From Candidatus Binataceae bacterium (GTDB lineage: Bacteria; Desulfobacterota; Binatia; Binatales; Binataceae): 64,000 nucleotides of DNA. The DNA lies in NCBI GenBank assembly GCA_035650475.1, contig DASRHP010000012.1, forward strand, positions 110,059 through 174,058. The letters run 5' to 3'. How positions within the stretch are numbered: the first letter of the stretch is position 1; each line of letters starts with the position of its first letter. A program made the translations under genes and the position numbers. The notes under the pieces are model-generated. The model saw only the letters and a list, made by a program, of their open reading frames with translations, was not told the origin of the DNA and made no database searches. Positions 30,761-41,103 of the stretch are shown in pieces.

Positions 30761-31156
30761 TCATCACCGAGGTGCGTCCGTCCCGTGTGCTGACGGATAG
30801 ATGCCGGTTTTGGCGCCTTCGCGCTGCTCCGTCAAATGCTGAGCATTCGAGCATCAATTTGCCCGCACCGCCATCCGGCGTTTGCAGAATACAAGCCTCT
30901 CCTTTGCGAGCTTCACGATATCCATCCCCCCGCTTGGCAACCGCGGCTAAATAAGCTATTGAGCGGGAGTTTCGGCGACGGCAAGCGGCCGGTGCGTCGG
31001 GCAGGAAAACGCTGGTTGCTTCTGGGCTTGGGCCAGGCCAGCGTCCGCTCCTGAACATCGGCCGGGAGGTCGCAGAGGGATGCGCGATCGAATGTTTGTC
31101 GCGCCTGTACGATGCCCGTGGCCTCGGATGCGGCACGGGGAGGGGGTCTAAAAGCC

Positions 31157-32527
31157 ATGCTCCACCGCTTAAGCGCCAGCGCAGCTCTGCTCGGGGTTGT
31201 CTTGTTGTTCGGGGCGCTGCCCCTGCCGGCTCAAGCACAGCCCGCCCCGTGGCAAGCCGACAAAGGCTTCGAGAACGGGATTCCGATCGGGACCAAGATC
31301 ACCCAGGACAACTGGCAGAAGTACCAGCAGTTCATGCCCGAGAGCATGATTCACCTGTTCAAGGGCGACATGTTCTGGCACATGCCCAAGGGCATCGAGA
31401 TCGACGTAGGCCCGACGCGCCACATCTATCCGCCCAAGCCGTTCCGCGAAGATACCGAGCGCTACGGCACTCAGACCAAGCTGGTGAAGACGTCCGACGG
31501 TGGTTACGTCCCGGAGGGCTATGTCGCAGGCTTCCCCTTTGCCGACCCGTTTGCCGGTCCTAAGGACGAGGTCGGGTCCAAGATGTATTACAACAACTAT
31601 TACCGGCCGGCGCCCCGCGTCGAGGAGGCTCCCAACTGCTCCTACACGCTTGACCAGTACGCGAACTTCACCCGCACCGCCGACTCCGACATCGTTTTTT
31701 CCCAGTTGACCCATCTCAGCGAGCCCGGTTTCCCGCGCGACGTGCCTGGTAACAATGGGTATTTCTTCGCGGCATACTTCCAGCAGACCGCGCCCGAGCA
31801 GGGCAAATACTTCGCCTCGCTGGACCTGACGTCGAACGATCCGACCAAGCTCGACGAGTTGTACGAGTACATTCCGAGCCTGCGCCGTTCGCTGCGCGTC
31901 TCCCAGGCCGCCCGCTGCGCACCAATCTTCGGGACCGACTTCGTCTATGAGGACGCGCAGGAGGGTGCCCCGCGCATGGGCAACCTGTTCGACAATGTGT
32001 ATATCGGGGAAAAGAAGGTCCTGACCCTGATGCATGGAGCGCCGGCGAGTTTCGATACCTGTGGCACGCCCACCTCGCTGGATCCCCGGTATTACTATTT
32101 CGGTTTCAAGGGGATTGTGCCGTTTCCCAATCCCGGCTCGGGGCAATGGGAAGTGCGCGATACGTACATGGTGCAGATGACACGGCTTCCCGCGCTCTCG
32201 CGGGGGTACTGCTATGGCAAGCGGCTGCTGTACCTCGACAAGGAGAATTACTTCCCCGATCACACCGAGGTTTGGGACCGCGCCGGCCGGCTGTACAAGT
32301 GGATCGTAGTGTTTGCCTACCCCGCGATCATTCCAGGTCTGGGTATTGACGGGCAGGAAGTAACGATCACCGGGCCGAACACCGGCTATGTGGTGAATTT
32401 TCAGGACCAGCACGCCACCGTGTTCATCGGTTTGCACGTATGCGTGGACAACGAGTGCGAACCGAAGGGCTACATGGATATCAGCCGCTACGCGAGCCCC
32501 GAGGGGTTGATGAAGATTGTTCAATAG
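31157..32527 (+). CDS. DUF1329 family protein (LolA-like outer-membrane lipoprotein-sorting fold)
   Basis: About 455 aa with a signal peptide. It contains the characteristic YEYIPSLRRSLRVSQAARCAPIFGTDFVYED segment. It is the first gene of the conserved DUF1329 / BNR / RND / DUF1302 cluster. Confidence 0.65.
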   Translation: MLHRLSASAALLGVVLLFGALPLPAQAQPAPWQADKGFENGIPIGTKITQDNWQKYQQFMPESMIHLFKGDMFWHMPKGIEIDVGPTRHIYPPKPFREDTERYGTQTKLVKTSDGGYVPEGYVAGFPFADPFAGPKDEVGSKMYYNNYYRPAPRVEEAPNCSYTLDQYANFTRTADSDIVFSQLTHLSEPGFPRDVPGNNGYFFAAYFQQTAPEQGKYFASLDLTSNDPTKLDELYEYIPSLRRSLRVSQAARCAPIFGTDFVYEDAQEGAPRMGNLFDNVYIGEKKVLTLMHGAPASFDTCGTPTSLDPRYYYFGFKGIVPFPNPGSGQWEVRDTYMVQMTRLPALSRGYCYGKRLLYLDKENYFPDHTEVWDRAGRLYKWIVVFAYPAIIPGLGIDGQEVTITGPNTGYVVNFQDQHATVFIGLHVCVDNECEPKGYMDISRYASPEGLMKIVQ

Positions 32528-32573
32528 GCGGTCGAGGCTCCGTCGCGAGTTTGCCGTCCGCGCTTAGGGGACC

Positions 32574-33734
32574 ATGACCCGGGGGGGAGACGATGACAGG
32601 GGGAGCGTTGCGATGGCCGCGCAATCGTCCGACGGCCCGGGCTTAGACGAAGGTCCACGGGCCGGGCGCAGCCCCGGCGGGTGGCCCGGGCAGCGAGGCG
32701 TCCGCAGCGGCATCCTGGCCGCGGCGATCCTGTTTCTGGTCGCAGCCGTCTTCACGCCGTCCGCGAAGAGCCTCAACGCGCTGTCAATCGGCGGCCGGGG
32801 CGCCGCGCTGCTGACTCCCTGGGATTCGTTCTACAGCGTGGCGTTTCTGCCTTCCGGCAAGTGCTACGTCGTCGGCGCCCAGGGCGCCTTGCTTACTTCC
32901 ACCGACGGCGGCGGGCACTGGACGCGCAGCAAGCTCGCCGAGCGCGGCGATCTCTCCTGGTTCGACCTCTACAGCATCCGGTTCGCCGCCGACGGCCGTG
33001 CCGGGTGGATCTCCGGCGAGGGCGGACTCATCCTGCACACCGCAGACGGCGGCGAAACGTGGCGTCCCCAGCAGAGCGGGACCAGCGAGAATCTCTTTCG
33101 AATCGCGGCCGCCGATCCGCGACACGCCTATGCGACCGGCACCAACGGCGTGATGATGCGCACCGACGATGGCGGTGAACACTGGCAGGCGCAGAGGATC
33201 AAGGGCGGGCTCATCTTTTTCGACATAGCCTTCGCGGATGCGCAAAACGGTTGGGCGGTGGGCGAGTTCGCTACCATCCTCCATACCGTTGACGGCGGCC
33301 GGACCTGGGTTCCGCAGATGGGCGGTACCCGTTCGAACTTCCGTCTGCCTGCGCTGTTCGCGATCGGATTCTCCGACCTCCTGCACGGCGTGGCCGCCGG
33401 CCAGGGCGGAACTCTGTTCAGCACCTCGGACGGCGGCAAGAGCTGGCAGCAGTTGAAGGCGCCCATTAGTGAGCCGGTGTACAGCGTCGCCTACGACGGG
33501 CAGGCGGGCCTCGCGCCGGCGGAGCTTTGGGCCACCGGTGATGGTGGGATGCTGCTGCGGATGGCGCTCGGTACCGACGGCGCGGGCGCGCAGACGACCG
33601 TGCAGGAGCCCACCGTTTTCAGCCTCTCTGACATCGCCTTTCACGGGCAGACCGGGATCGCGGTGGGACTTAGCGGAACCATACTGCGCACCGCCGACGG
33701 CGGCGCGCATTGGCAACTGGTGAGCGGAAAGTGA
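32574..33734 (+). CDS. BNR/Asp-box repeat protein (Ycf48-like beta-propeller)
   Basis: Six or more repeats of S/T-x-D-G-G-x-x/T-W (TDGGGHW, ADGGETW, DDGGEHW, VDGGRTW, SDGGKSW, ADGGAHW). Confidence 0.75.
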   Translation: MTRGGDDDRGSVAMAAQSSDGPGLDEGPRAGRSPGGWPGQRGVRSGILAAAILFLVAAVFTPSAKSLNALSIGGRGAALLTPWDSFYSVAFLPSGKCYVVGAQGALLTSTDGGGHWTRSKLAERGDLSWFDLYSIRFAADGRAGWISGEGGLILHTADGGETWRPQQSGTSENLFRIAAADPRHAYATGTNGVMMRTDDGGEHWQAQRIKGGLIFFDIAFADAQNGWAVGEFATILHTVDGGRTWVPQMGGTRSNFRLPALFAIGFSDLLHGVAAGQGGTLFSTSDGGKSWQQLKAPISEPVYSVAYDGQAGLAPAELWATGDGGMLLRMALGTDGAGAQTTVQEPTVFSLSDIAFHGQTGIAVGLSGTILRTADGGAHWQLVSGK

Positions 33735-36136
33735 TCGGCCAATTCATCCTGCGCCACCGCGCGGTTATCGGAATAATCCTGCTCCTGGTCACCGGCTGGT
33801 TCGGCTACCAGGCGAGCAAGCTCACTATCGGAACCAGCTTCGTCGATTTCTTTCCCAAGAATCATCCGTACGTCCTTCTCTACCATCGCTTCGAGCGCTA
33901 CGGCGGCGCCCAGCGGCTCACCCTGATGGTGCACGTCAAGCACGGCGACATCTTCAACTACCAGACCCTGCGCAAGATCCAGGACATCACCTTCGACGTC
34001 GATCTGCTGCCGGCGGTCAATCACCAGTCAATCCGCTCGCTCGCCTCGTTCCGCGTCACCTACGCGGTGGCGCTGCCCGGCAACCTGGTTTCCAAGACCT
34101 ACATGTATCCCGACGTGCCGAAGTCGCCCGAGGCAATCGCGGAGATCAAGCGCCAGGTCTTCATCCATCGCCAGGAAATGCAGAACCTGGTGAGCGCCGA
34201 CAACAAGAGCGCGGCGATTATTGCGTCGTTCTACGAAGGCCGGCTCGACTACCGCGAGGCCTTCTACAAGATTCAGGCAATCATCAACAAGTACCAGGAC
34301 GCCAACACCGTCATCTACGCCGCCGGCGAGCCAATCATTCGCGGCTATGGCTATTACTATCTGCCGATGCTCGTCGCGATCTTCTTCATCTCCGACGGCC
34401 TGATGATTCTACTTCTGTACGGCTACTTTCGCGGACGCAGCACCTGGTGGGCGCCGATCGTAACCGGGCTGCTTTCCACGATCTGGGGCCTCGGCTTCAT
34501 CGGATGGGAAGGCTACGAGTTCGACCCGGTGATGCTGGTCATTCGCTTCATCCTGACCGCGCGCGACATGAGCCACGGCATCCAGTGGCAGGGGCGCTAC
34601 TACGACGAACTCGAGGAGCGCAACTACGACAAGTATGCCGCCTGCGAAGCGACCACCACGCTGATGCTGCCGCCCGGACTGCTGTCGATCCTGGCCGACA
34701 TCGCGGGCATCGTGTTCATTTCCTTCGGCGGCATCCCCTCGCTCCAGCACGTGGCCTCTTCGGGTGCGGTATGGCTCGGCGGCAGCCTCACGATGGTTTT
34801 CATCTTTCAGCCGATCATGATGAGCTACCTGCCGACGCCGAAGCCGCTCAAGCACAGGGCGGCGGTGCGCTCCGCACTGACGCGCTGGAAGGAACAGATT
34901 ACCGACAAACTGGTCAATTTCCCGATTACGCCCGGATGGGCCCGCGAGGGCGCGCTGATAGCCGTGGGCGTGGTGATCGTGGTGGGTTTCATCTCCGGCG
35001 TGCGGGCTAAGATCGGGTACTCTGAGCCGGGCACCCCGCTGTATCGGCACAACGCCAAGGTCAATCGCGACATCAACGCCGTCCGCCAGGTCTTTCCGCT
35101 CGATGAAGGGTGGGTCATCGTGCGTGCGAGCGGGAGCCAGGTGGTCAGGTCGTCCTACGAGCCCGACATGCTTTCGCCCGACGTGATTCGTCTGCAGCGC
35201 GACCTCGCACGCTATCTATTGAACGATCCGCAGGTGACCAGTGTAATCTCGGTGGCGCCCGATGTGATCGAGCCGTACAACCAGATGTTTCATTACGGCA
35301 ATCCGAAATATCTGGCTATTCCGCGTACCACCGACGACGCCCTGGGCCTGTTCTTCCTGTTCGTGCAGGGCACCGCGCCCGGTGAGGCGGATCTATGGCT
35401 CAACATGAACAAGAACGACGCTATTCTTCGGGTGCTGCTCACCGACCATACGTACCAGACCCTGGCCGATCTCCAGACGAACCTGCGCGAGTTCGTGGCC
35501 CGGCGCGCGAAATGGGATCCTGCGCTTAAGAAAGTCGAGATTCTATACCTCGGCGGGATTGCCGGTCTCTACGCGGCCGCGAACGACGTTCTCTATCAAC
35601 TCGACTTCATCAATATCACGTTCGTGCTTGGAGTGGTGTTTCTGTTCTGCGCGGTTACCTATCGCTCACTGGTGGCAGGCGTTTTGTTCGTGATCTCGTG
35701 TATCGCGGCCAATTTCGCCGCTTTCATTTACATGCGCATTGCCGATATCGGCATCACGATCGACACCATCCCGGTCATCTCGCTCGGTATCGGCCTCGGC
35801 GTTGATTATGGAATCTATACGATTTCGCGGGTGTGCGACGAGGTCGCCGCGGGGCGCAGCCTCGAGGAAGCCATAACCACCGCGCTCCGGGGCACCGGCG
35901 CAGCGGTGCTCGCGACTTTCTCGGTGATCGTGGGCGGACTCGCGCCGTGGGTGTTCTCGCCGGTGCTGTTCCACAACGAAATGAGCGTTCTGCTGATCAT
36001 CCTGATGTTCACCAACCTGCTCGTGGGATTGCTCATATTGCCGGCATACGTCGCGTGGGCGCGCCCACGCTTTGTCTTCGGCGGGCTTACGGAGGAAGAG
36101 CGACGCAAGGAAACGATGGCCGCGGTTTCGAGCTGA
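33710..36136 (+). CDS. RND-superfamily exporter (MMPL/HpnN-like)
   Basis: 808 aa with two blocks of six TM helices separated by periplasmic domains, typical of MMPL/SecDF-like RND proteins. Its start overlaps the BNR gene end. Confidence 0.75.
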   Translation: MATGERKVIGQFILRHRAVIGIILLLVTGWFGYQASKLTIGTSFVDFFPKNHPYVLLYHRFERYGGAQRLTLMVHVKHGDIFNYQTLRKIQDITFDVDLLPAVNHQSIRSLASFRVTYAVALPGNLVSKTYMYPDVPKSPEAIAEIKRQVFIHRQEMQNLVSADNKSAAIIASFYEGRLDYREAFYKIQAIINKYQDANTVIYAAGEPIIRGYGYYYLPMLVAIFFISDGLMILLLYGYFRGRSTWWAPIVTGLLSTIWGLGFIGWEGYEFDPVMLVIRFILTARDMSHGIQWQGRYYDELEERNYDKYAACEATTTLMLPPGLLSILADIAGIVFISFGGIPSLQHVASSGAVWLGGSLTMVFIFQPIMMSYLPTPKPLKHRAAVRSALTRWKEQITDKLVNFPITPGWAREGALIAVGVVIVVGFISGVRAKIGYSEPGTPLYRHNAKVNRDINAVRQVFPLDEGWVIVRASGSQVVRSSYEPDMLSPDVIRLQRDLARYLLNDPQVTSVISVAPDVIEPYNQMFHYGNPKYLAIPRTTDDALGLFFLFVQGTAPGEADLWLNMNKNDAILRVLLTDHTYQTLADLQTNLREFVARRAKWDPALKKVEILYLGGIAGLYAAANDVLYQLDFINITFVLGVVFLFCAVTYRSLVAGVLFVISCIAANFAAFIYMRIADIGITIDTIPVISLGIGLGVDYGIYTISRVCDEVAAGRSLEEAITTALRGTGAAVLATFSVIVGGLAPWVFSPVLFHNEMSVLLIILMFTNLLVGLLILPAYVAWARPRFVFGGLTEEERRKETMAAVSS

Positions 36137-36232
36137 CAGGCGCCACCGCCCGTCTTGCAGGCGCCGATGCGGAGCGCCCCGGCGCAAAGGCGGGCACGGC
36201 GCGGCTGCGGCCGCCAGCTTTCGGGAGGTCGT

Positions 36233-38107
36233 ATGAAACCACAGGGGGAACGTTGTGGACTGGCTTCGGCGGTGGTGGCGATCGCGGTGCTGGCCTGGCT
36301 CGGCTTCGGCGTGAGGCCCGCCCAGGCGCAAGCGGGCGGCAGCGTCTCGCTGTCGGCGGACAATTCCTCCGCGGCGCAGACCGAAGGTGATGTGCTCGCC
36401 CAGACCGGCAGCGGCAGCCTGCTAGCGCAGGCGGCCGGCGCGCAGCAGGCGGGCACGCCGTGGTACAAGAGCCCCTTCGTCGGCAGTAACGCTCCGTTCG
36501 TCGACGTGAGCGAGACGCCGGGGCCGCTCCAGGGACTGTCGGTTTCGGGCTTTGTGAGCAACACCACCGGGATGTGGGTCAACTCCAGCGCCATCCGCTA
36601 CCAGAAGAGCAAGAATTCGCTGGCCACCGAGCGCAACTGGCTCCAACTCGACATCAACTACGTGCTCAACGGCAACAACCGCTTCTTCATCCGCTGGTGG
36701 GGCGTGTACGAGCCGTCGTACCCCTTCGAGAAGGACGCCGGCATGGTCGATATGGAGGACTTCTACAACCAGTACACGGTGCGCGACGCCTACTGGAAGA
36801 GCACGATGGGGCCGCTGACGCTGTTTCTGGGCCGCCAGATAGTGACCTGGGGCGAGTCGCTCGCCTTCCGCGTCGGCGACGTTATCAACCCGCAGGATTT
36901 CACCTGGAATTTCGGCTTCGCCAACCTCGAACAGTCGCGCCTGCCGCTGTACATGGTGCACCCGATTCTCTCGTTGCCGCGCTTGGGGCCGCTGACCTCG
37001 AACTTTGTCGAAGGCGTGTGGGCGCCGGCATGGCAGCCGATGTACACGCAGATGGATTACCCGAACATGTGTAATCCAACCCTCTGCCCCGGCTATGCGC
37101 CCTTTGCGCACAGCAATTTCTACGACGGCCAGCACGACGTCGGCGGCTCGGTTTCGCTGCTTCCACCGTTCACGCTGGTGTCCGAGGCGCGCTTCCAGAC
37201 TCAGCCCTATCCGCTGGTTGCTCCGGGCTTTCTGGGCATCCCGAGCCTGACCCAGAACCAGGCACGCATGTTCGCCTTTCCGCAACTGTTCAACCCAGCG
37301 CCACCGTTTTTTGGCTATCACCTGCCGGGTGACACCCTGGGCAATTCAGTCGAAGGTTTCCGGCTGCACACGCTGCTGTGGAACTCGGAGATCACAGCCA
37401 TCTACTGGCATGGCCATCAGTTCAACGAGGCCGGCACTCCCGGCGCGCCCTTCTACGTCGACGGGAGCCAGGCCACCGGACAGGTTCTGCGCGTCTTCTT
37501 TCCGCAGTTCAACGATGTCGGCATCACGATGAACCGGCCGCTCTATCTGCCGGGCGAGCTTCTCTCCAGCGTCCCGCTGGTGCTCCGAACCGAGGCAATA
37601 TGGCAGGACAGGACGCCGCTCAATACCACCGACCTGGGAGTACCCAACGGGGTGGTTGACAAGAACACCATCAACACGCTGGTCGCACTCGATCTCGACG
37701 GCTTGTACGTGCCGTGGTTGACCAAGACCGGTACCTTGTCGGCCAACCTCGAGTGGAACAACTTTTCGATCCTCGGTTACGGCAGGAACCTTGTATATAC
37801 CTTCTACGCCGAGCGCTGGCGCCATAACGAAGAGCAAATCCTGTTCAGCGTCAATACCAACTGGTGGTGGGGCGCAATCCTGCCGACCTATACGATGATC
37901 TGGAACCCGTCGGGCAACACCACGCTGCTGTTCCCGACGCTCACGCTGACGCCGCCGTGGACCAACAAGTACTTCACCACGCTGGAGTATATCGGCATCC
38001 TCGGCAACGACAGGTTCAATTCGTTCGCCGGCGGCATCTTCAAGGGCAAAAGCATCCTGCTGATGCAGTTCCAGTACAACTTTTCGTTGGTCAAGGGGCG
38101 TACCTGA
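36233..38107 (+). CDS. DUF1302 family outer-membrane protein
   Basis: About 625 aa, signal peptide ending AQAQA, aromatic-rich with beta-strand periodicity, and a C-terminus ending in F/hydrophobic residues. RBS GGAGG before the ATG at 36233. It completes the DUF1329/DUF1302 cluster. Confidence 0.6.
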   Translation: MKPQGERCGLASAVVAIAVLAWLGFGVRPAQAQAGGSVSLSADNSSAAQTEGDVLAQTGSGSLLAQAAGAQQAGTPWYKSPFVGSNAPFVDVSETPGPLQGLSVSGFVSNTTGMWVNSSAIRYQKSKNSLATERNWLQLDINYVLNGNNRFFIRWWGVYEPSYPFEKDAGMVDMEDFYNQYTVRDAYWKSTMGPLTLFLGRQIVTWGESLAFRVGDVINPQDFTWNFGFANLEQSRLPLYMVHPILSLPRLGPLTSNFVEGVWAPAWQPMYTQMDYPNMCNPTLCPGYAPFAHSNFYDGQHDVGGSVSLLPPFTLVSEARFQTQPYPLVAPGFLGIPSLTQNQARMFAFPQLFNPAPPFFGYHLPGDTLGNSVEGFRLHTLLWNSEITAIYWHGHQFNEAGTPGAPFYVDGSQATGQVLRVFFPQFNDVGITMNRPLYLPGELLSSVPLVLRTEAIWQDRTPLNTTDLGVPNGVVDKNTINTLVALDLDGLYVPWLTKTGTLSANLEWNNFSILGYGRNLVYTFYAERWRHNEEQILFSVNTNWWWGAILPTYTMIWNPSGNTTLLFPTLTLTPPWTNKYFTTLEYIGILGNDRFNSFAGGIFKGKSILLMQFQYNFSLVKGRT

Positions 38108-38210
38108 GGCGGAGGGAGCGCGGGACTTGCAGACGGCAGCGCGCGTCGGCCGGCGGCGTGCGCCGCCCGCCCGGCGCGCCCCGCGCGGGGGAGAATCCAG
38201 CGGGAGAATC

Positions 38211-39356
38211 CAGATGATGAAACGTGCAGCGACGATCCTTGCGCTCCTCCTTCTGTGCGGCGGCGCGCGTCTGTTTGCACAGGCACCGCCCGAAGAAGGC
38301 GTCAAGGTGCGTGAACTGCCGCCGGCGGGACCGCACTGGATATTCGTGATGGCGCCATTTAGCGGCACGCTCGAGGTGACGAGCGTGGTCGCGATCGACG
38401 GCGATTCGCGCAAAGTGCTGGGCCAGCTAACGGGTGGATTAGTAAGCGCGTTCGCGGTGGCGCCCGACCATAAGCAGATCTATATGGCCGATACTTACTA
38501 TTCGCGCGGCGCGCGGGGCGACCGAACCGACGTGCTCACTGTGTACGACGCGCGCAAGCTCGCCCCCGCCGCCGAAGCCGCCATCCCCGCCAAGCGCCAG
38601 CTTTCGATTCCCGACAGCTCCTCGATGGGGGTGACGCCGGACGGGCGCTTCGTCCTGATCGCGAACATGACACCGGCGACCTCGGTGAGCGTGGTTGATA
38701 CGCAAAGCCGCAAGCTTGCCGGCGAGATCGCGATTCCCGGATGCGCCGAGATCCTGGTCAGCGGGCCGCGCCAGTTCGCCTCGCTCTGCGGCGACGGTTC
38801 GGTGATGACCACCCAGTTCGACGACAACGCGAAGATGACTTCGCAGAAGCGCACGGCCAGGCCGTTCTTCGACGTCGAGAAGGATCCCGTCTTCGGGGTG
38901 CCCGCCAGGATTGGCAAGGAAGCCTGCTTCGTCAGCTACCACGGGATGGCTTACCCGGTGGATCTTGCGGCGAGCCCCGCGCGGCCCGGCCAGCCGTGGT
39001 CGCTGCTGAGCGACGCCGACAGGAAGCAGGGCTGGCTGCCGGGAGGGTGGCAGCCGATCTGGGGTTACGGCAGGGGCGGACTCCTATACGTCCTGATGCA
39101 TCGGGGCGGCGAATGGTCGCACAAGGACCCGGGCAGCGAAGTATGGGTATTCAACGTGCGCGAGCACAAGCGCGTTGACCGGATCGCGCTGCCGGTGGCG
39201 GCCAACTCCATTTTGGTCAGCCAGGACGGCGCGCCGGTGCTTTTCACGCTCACGTCGCAGCCGGCGATGATGCAGGAGTTCTCGGCGATTGGCGGCAGGT
39301 ACCTAGGCGCGATCAAGGACCTTGCCGGCGTGCCATTCGAGATTTTCGGGCTGTAA
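38211..39356 (+). CDS. mauB: methylamine/amine dehydrogenase heavy chain (TTQ enzyme large subunit, beta-propeller)
   Basis: About 380 aa with a signal peptide and a 7-bladed propeller-like sequence. It is followed in the canonical order by mauE, mauD and mauA. Confidence 0.7.
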   Translation, partial: QMMKRAATILALLLLCGGARLFAQAPPEEGVKVRELPPAGPHWIFVMAPFSGTLEVTSVVAIDGDSRKVLGQLTGGLVSAFAVAPDHKQIYMADTYYSRGARGDRTDVLTVYDARKLAPAAEAAIPAKRQLSIPDSSSMGVTPDGRFVLIANMTPATSVSVVDTQSRKLAGEIAIPGCAEILVSGPRQFASLCGDGSVMTTQFDDNAKMTSQKRTARPFFDVEKDPVFGVPARIGKEACFVSYHGMAYPVDLAASPARPGQPWSLLSDADRKQGWLPGGWQPIWGYGRGGLLYVLMHRGGEWSHKDPGSEVWVFNVREHKRVDRIALPVAANSILVSQDGAPVLFTLTSQPAMMQEFSAIGGRYLGAIKDLAGVPFEIFGL

Positions 39357-39360
39357 GTCG

Positions 39361-39909
39361 ATGTTGAAGGTCGATCCGGTGCTGGGATGGGCGGCGGCCA
39401 CCGCGGCGGCGGCGATCTTCGCCGCCTCGGGTGCGCTGAAACTCTACGACCTCGCAGCGTTTCGCTCCGCGGCGTCCAATTACCGTATTCTCCCGCAATG
39501 GCTGGAGTTTCCGTTCGCATGGGCGGTTCCGCTGGTCGAATGCACGGCCGCGTTCGGCCTGCTGCTGCCGGCCTGCCGGGCGCGCGCGGCGCTCGCGCTG
39601 GTCGCGCTGCTCGGCGCGTTCACCGCCGCGGTCGCAATCAACCTCGCCCGCGGACGGACGGATATCGATTGCGGATGCTTCGGCCCGGCGCTGCGCCAGC
39701 GCCTGAGCTGGTGGCTGCTCGCGCGCAACGGCGCCCTGTTCGCGCTGCTTGCGATTGCGCTGATGCCCGCGGACGGGCGCGCGCTCGGACTGCTCGACGG
39801 CGCCACGGTGGGCTTTACCGCGGCGACCGTGGTAGTGCTCTACGTCGCGGCCAACTACCTGATCGCGAATGCTCCCGGGCTTCGCGGGCTGAGGGCGCTC
39901 AATGCTTGA
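39361..39909 (+). CDS. mauE: methylamine utilisation protein MauE (membrane)
   Basis: About 180-aa membrane protein with four to five TM helices and a CGCFG motif, at the mauE position. Confidence 0.65.
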   Translation: MLKVDPVLGWAAATAAAAIFAASGALKLYDLAAFRSAASNYRILPQWLEFPFAWAVPLVECTAAFGLLLPACRARAALALVALLGAFTAAVAINLARGRTDIDCGCFGPALRQRLSWWLLARNGALFALLAIALMPADGRALGLLDGATVGFTAATVVVLYVAANYLIANAPGLRGLRALNA

Positions 39910-40576
39910 AGCTCTGGTGATATCGCAGATCCTGCTGTGGGTGCTGACGCTGGCGATGGCGCTGATGATGCTCGCGCTGCTGCGCCAGGTCGGAGTGCTG
40001 CACGAGCGGATCGCCCCGATGGGCGCGCTCACGCTCGATCGCGGCCCCAAGGAGGGCGAGCACGCTCCAATCTTCGACGTGACCGATTTGCGCCGCCGTG
40101 CGCCGCTCAAGATCGGCGGCGCGCGTGCACGGAGCACGCTCCTGTTTTTTCTCTCGCCGACCTGCCCGGTGTGCAAGAAGCTGCTGCCGGTCGTCAAATC
40201 GATCGCCCAGGCCGAGGCGCCGTGGCTCGACGTGGTCCTGACCAGTGATGGCGAGCCCACCGAGCACGAGCGGTTTATCCGCGCGCAGCACCTCGAAGCC
40301 TTCCCCTACGTGCTCTCGGCGGATGTTGGGATGACTTACCGGATCGGCAAGCTGCCCTACGCCGTGCTGATCGACGAGGAGGGCGTCATCCGCGCCAAGG
40401 GGCTTATCAACACGCGCGAGCACCTCGAAAGCCTTATCGAGGCCAAGCAGATGGGAGTGCCGTCGATCCAGCAGTACATCAAGACCGCGATGCAGGACGT
40501 CGGAGACGAAGCGAAGGCGGTGCCCGGCGCCGAGGCGCAGCCGCTTGCCATCGCAAGCGAGCGAGGAGGCAAGTGA
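39902..40576 (+). CDS. mauD: methylamine utilisation protein MauD (thioredoxin-like)
   Basis: N-terminal TM helix followed by a thioredoxin fold with a CPVC active site. Confidence 0.7.
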   Translation: MLEALVISQILLWVLTLAMALMMLALLRQVGVLHERIAPMGALTLDRGPKEGEHAPIFDVTDLRRRAPLKIGGARARSTLLFFLSPTCPVCKKLLPVVKSIAQAEAPWLDVVLTSDGEPTEHERFIRAQHLEAFPYVLSADVGMTYRIGKLPYAVLIDEEGVIRAKGLINTREHLESLIEAKQMGVPSIQQYIKTAMQDVGDEAKAVPGAEAQPLAIASERGGK

Positions 40577-41103
40577 TGGACGCCCTGATGGAACGGCTGA
40601 GCCGCAGCGTTGCCCAGCGCACCTCTCGCCGCGGTTTCCTTGCCTGCATGGGCAAGCTGATGCTGGGCGCGGCGGTGCTGCCGCTGCTGCCGGTCGACCG
40701 CGTGGTCGGCGACGCCCATGCGCAGATGACGATGGCGCCGAGCGGCACCGGCCGTACCGACGATCCATTGACCTGCGATTACTGGCGCTACTGCGGGTTT
40801 GACGGCAACCTGTGCGATTGCTGCGGCGGCAGCCATACCGAATGCCCCGCCGGCACGATTATGTCGCCTACGTCGTGGGTCGGCACCTGCAAAGATCCCG
40901 CCGACGGCAAGGAGTACATCATCGGCTACCGCGATTGCTGCGGCAAAGACGTCTGCGGGCGCTGCTACTGCAACAATAACAAGGGCGACATGCCCATCTA
41001 CCGCACCCAACTGGACAACGGAGTCGTCTGGTGCTTCGGAACCAAGCCTTCAAGCTACGTCGTCAACTGCACGACCGCGGTCAAACTCGGGCTCAAGACC
41101 TGA
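40573..41103 (+). CDS. mauA: amine dehydrogenase light chain (TTQ-bearing small subunit)
   Basis: Tat signal SRRGFLA. CDYWRYCGFDGNLCDCCGGSHTECPAGT...SWVGTC...YIIGYRDCCG aligns closely with Paracoccus MauA, including the two TTQ Trp residues and 12 Cys. Confidence 0.9.
   Translation: MMDALMERLSRSVAQRTSRRGFLACMGKLMLGAAVLPLLPVDRVVGDAHAQMTMAPSGTGRTDDPLTCDYWRYCGFDGNLCDCCGGSHTECPAGTIMSPTSWVGTCKDPADGKEYIIGYRDCCGKDVCGRCYCNNNKGDMPIYRTQLDNGVVWCFGTKPSSYVVNCTTAVKLGLKT

Noticed and set aside
30761-31238. Upstream extension of the tetraheme cytochrome ORF
   Set aside because: The extension is Arg/Pro-rich with no features. A hydrophobic anchor begins right after the Met at 30760. It would also overlap the divergent DUF1329 gene.
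31169-32524. 451-aa minus-strand ORF
   Set aside because: Antisense to the DUF1329 gene. The plus frame has a signal peptide and family motifs.
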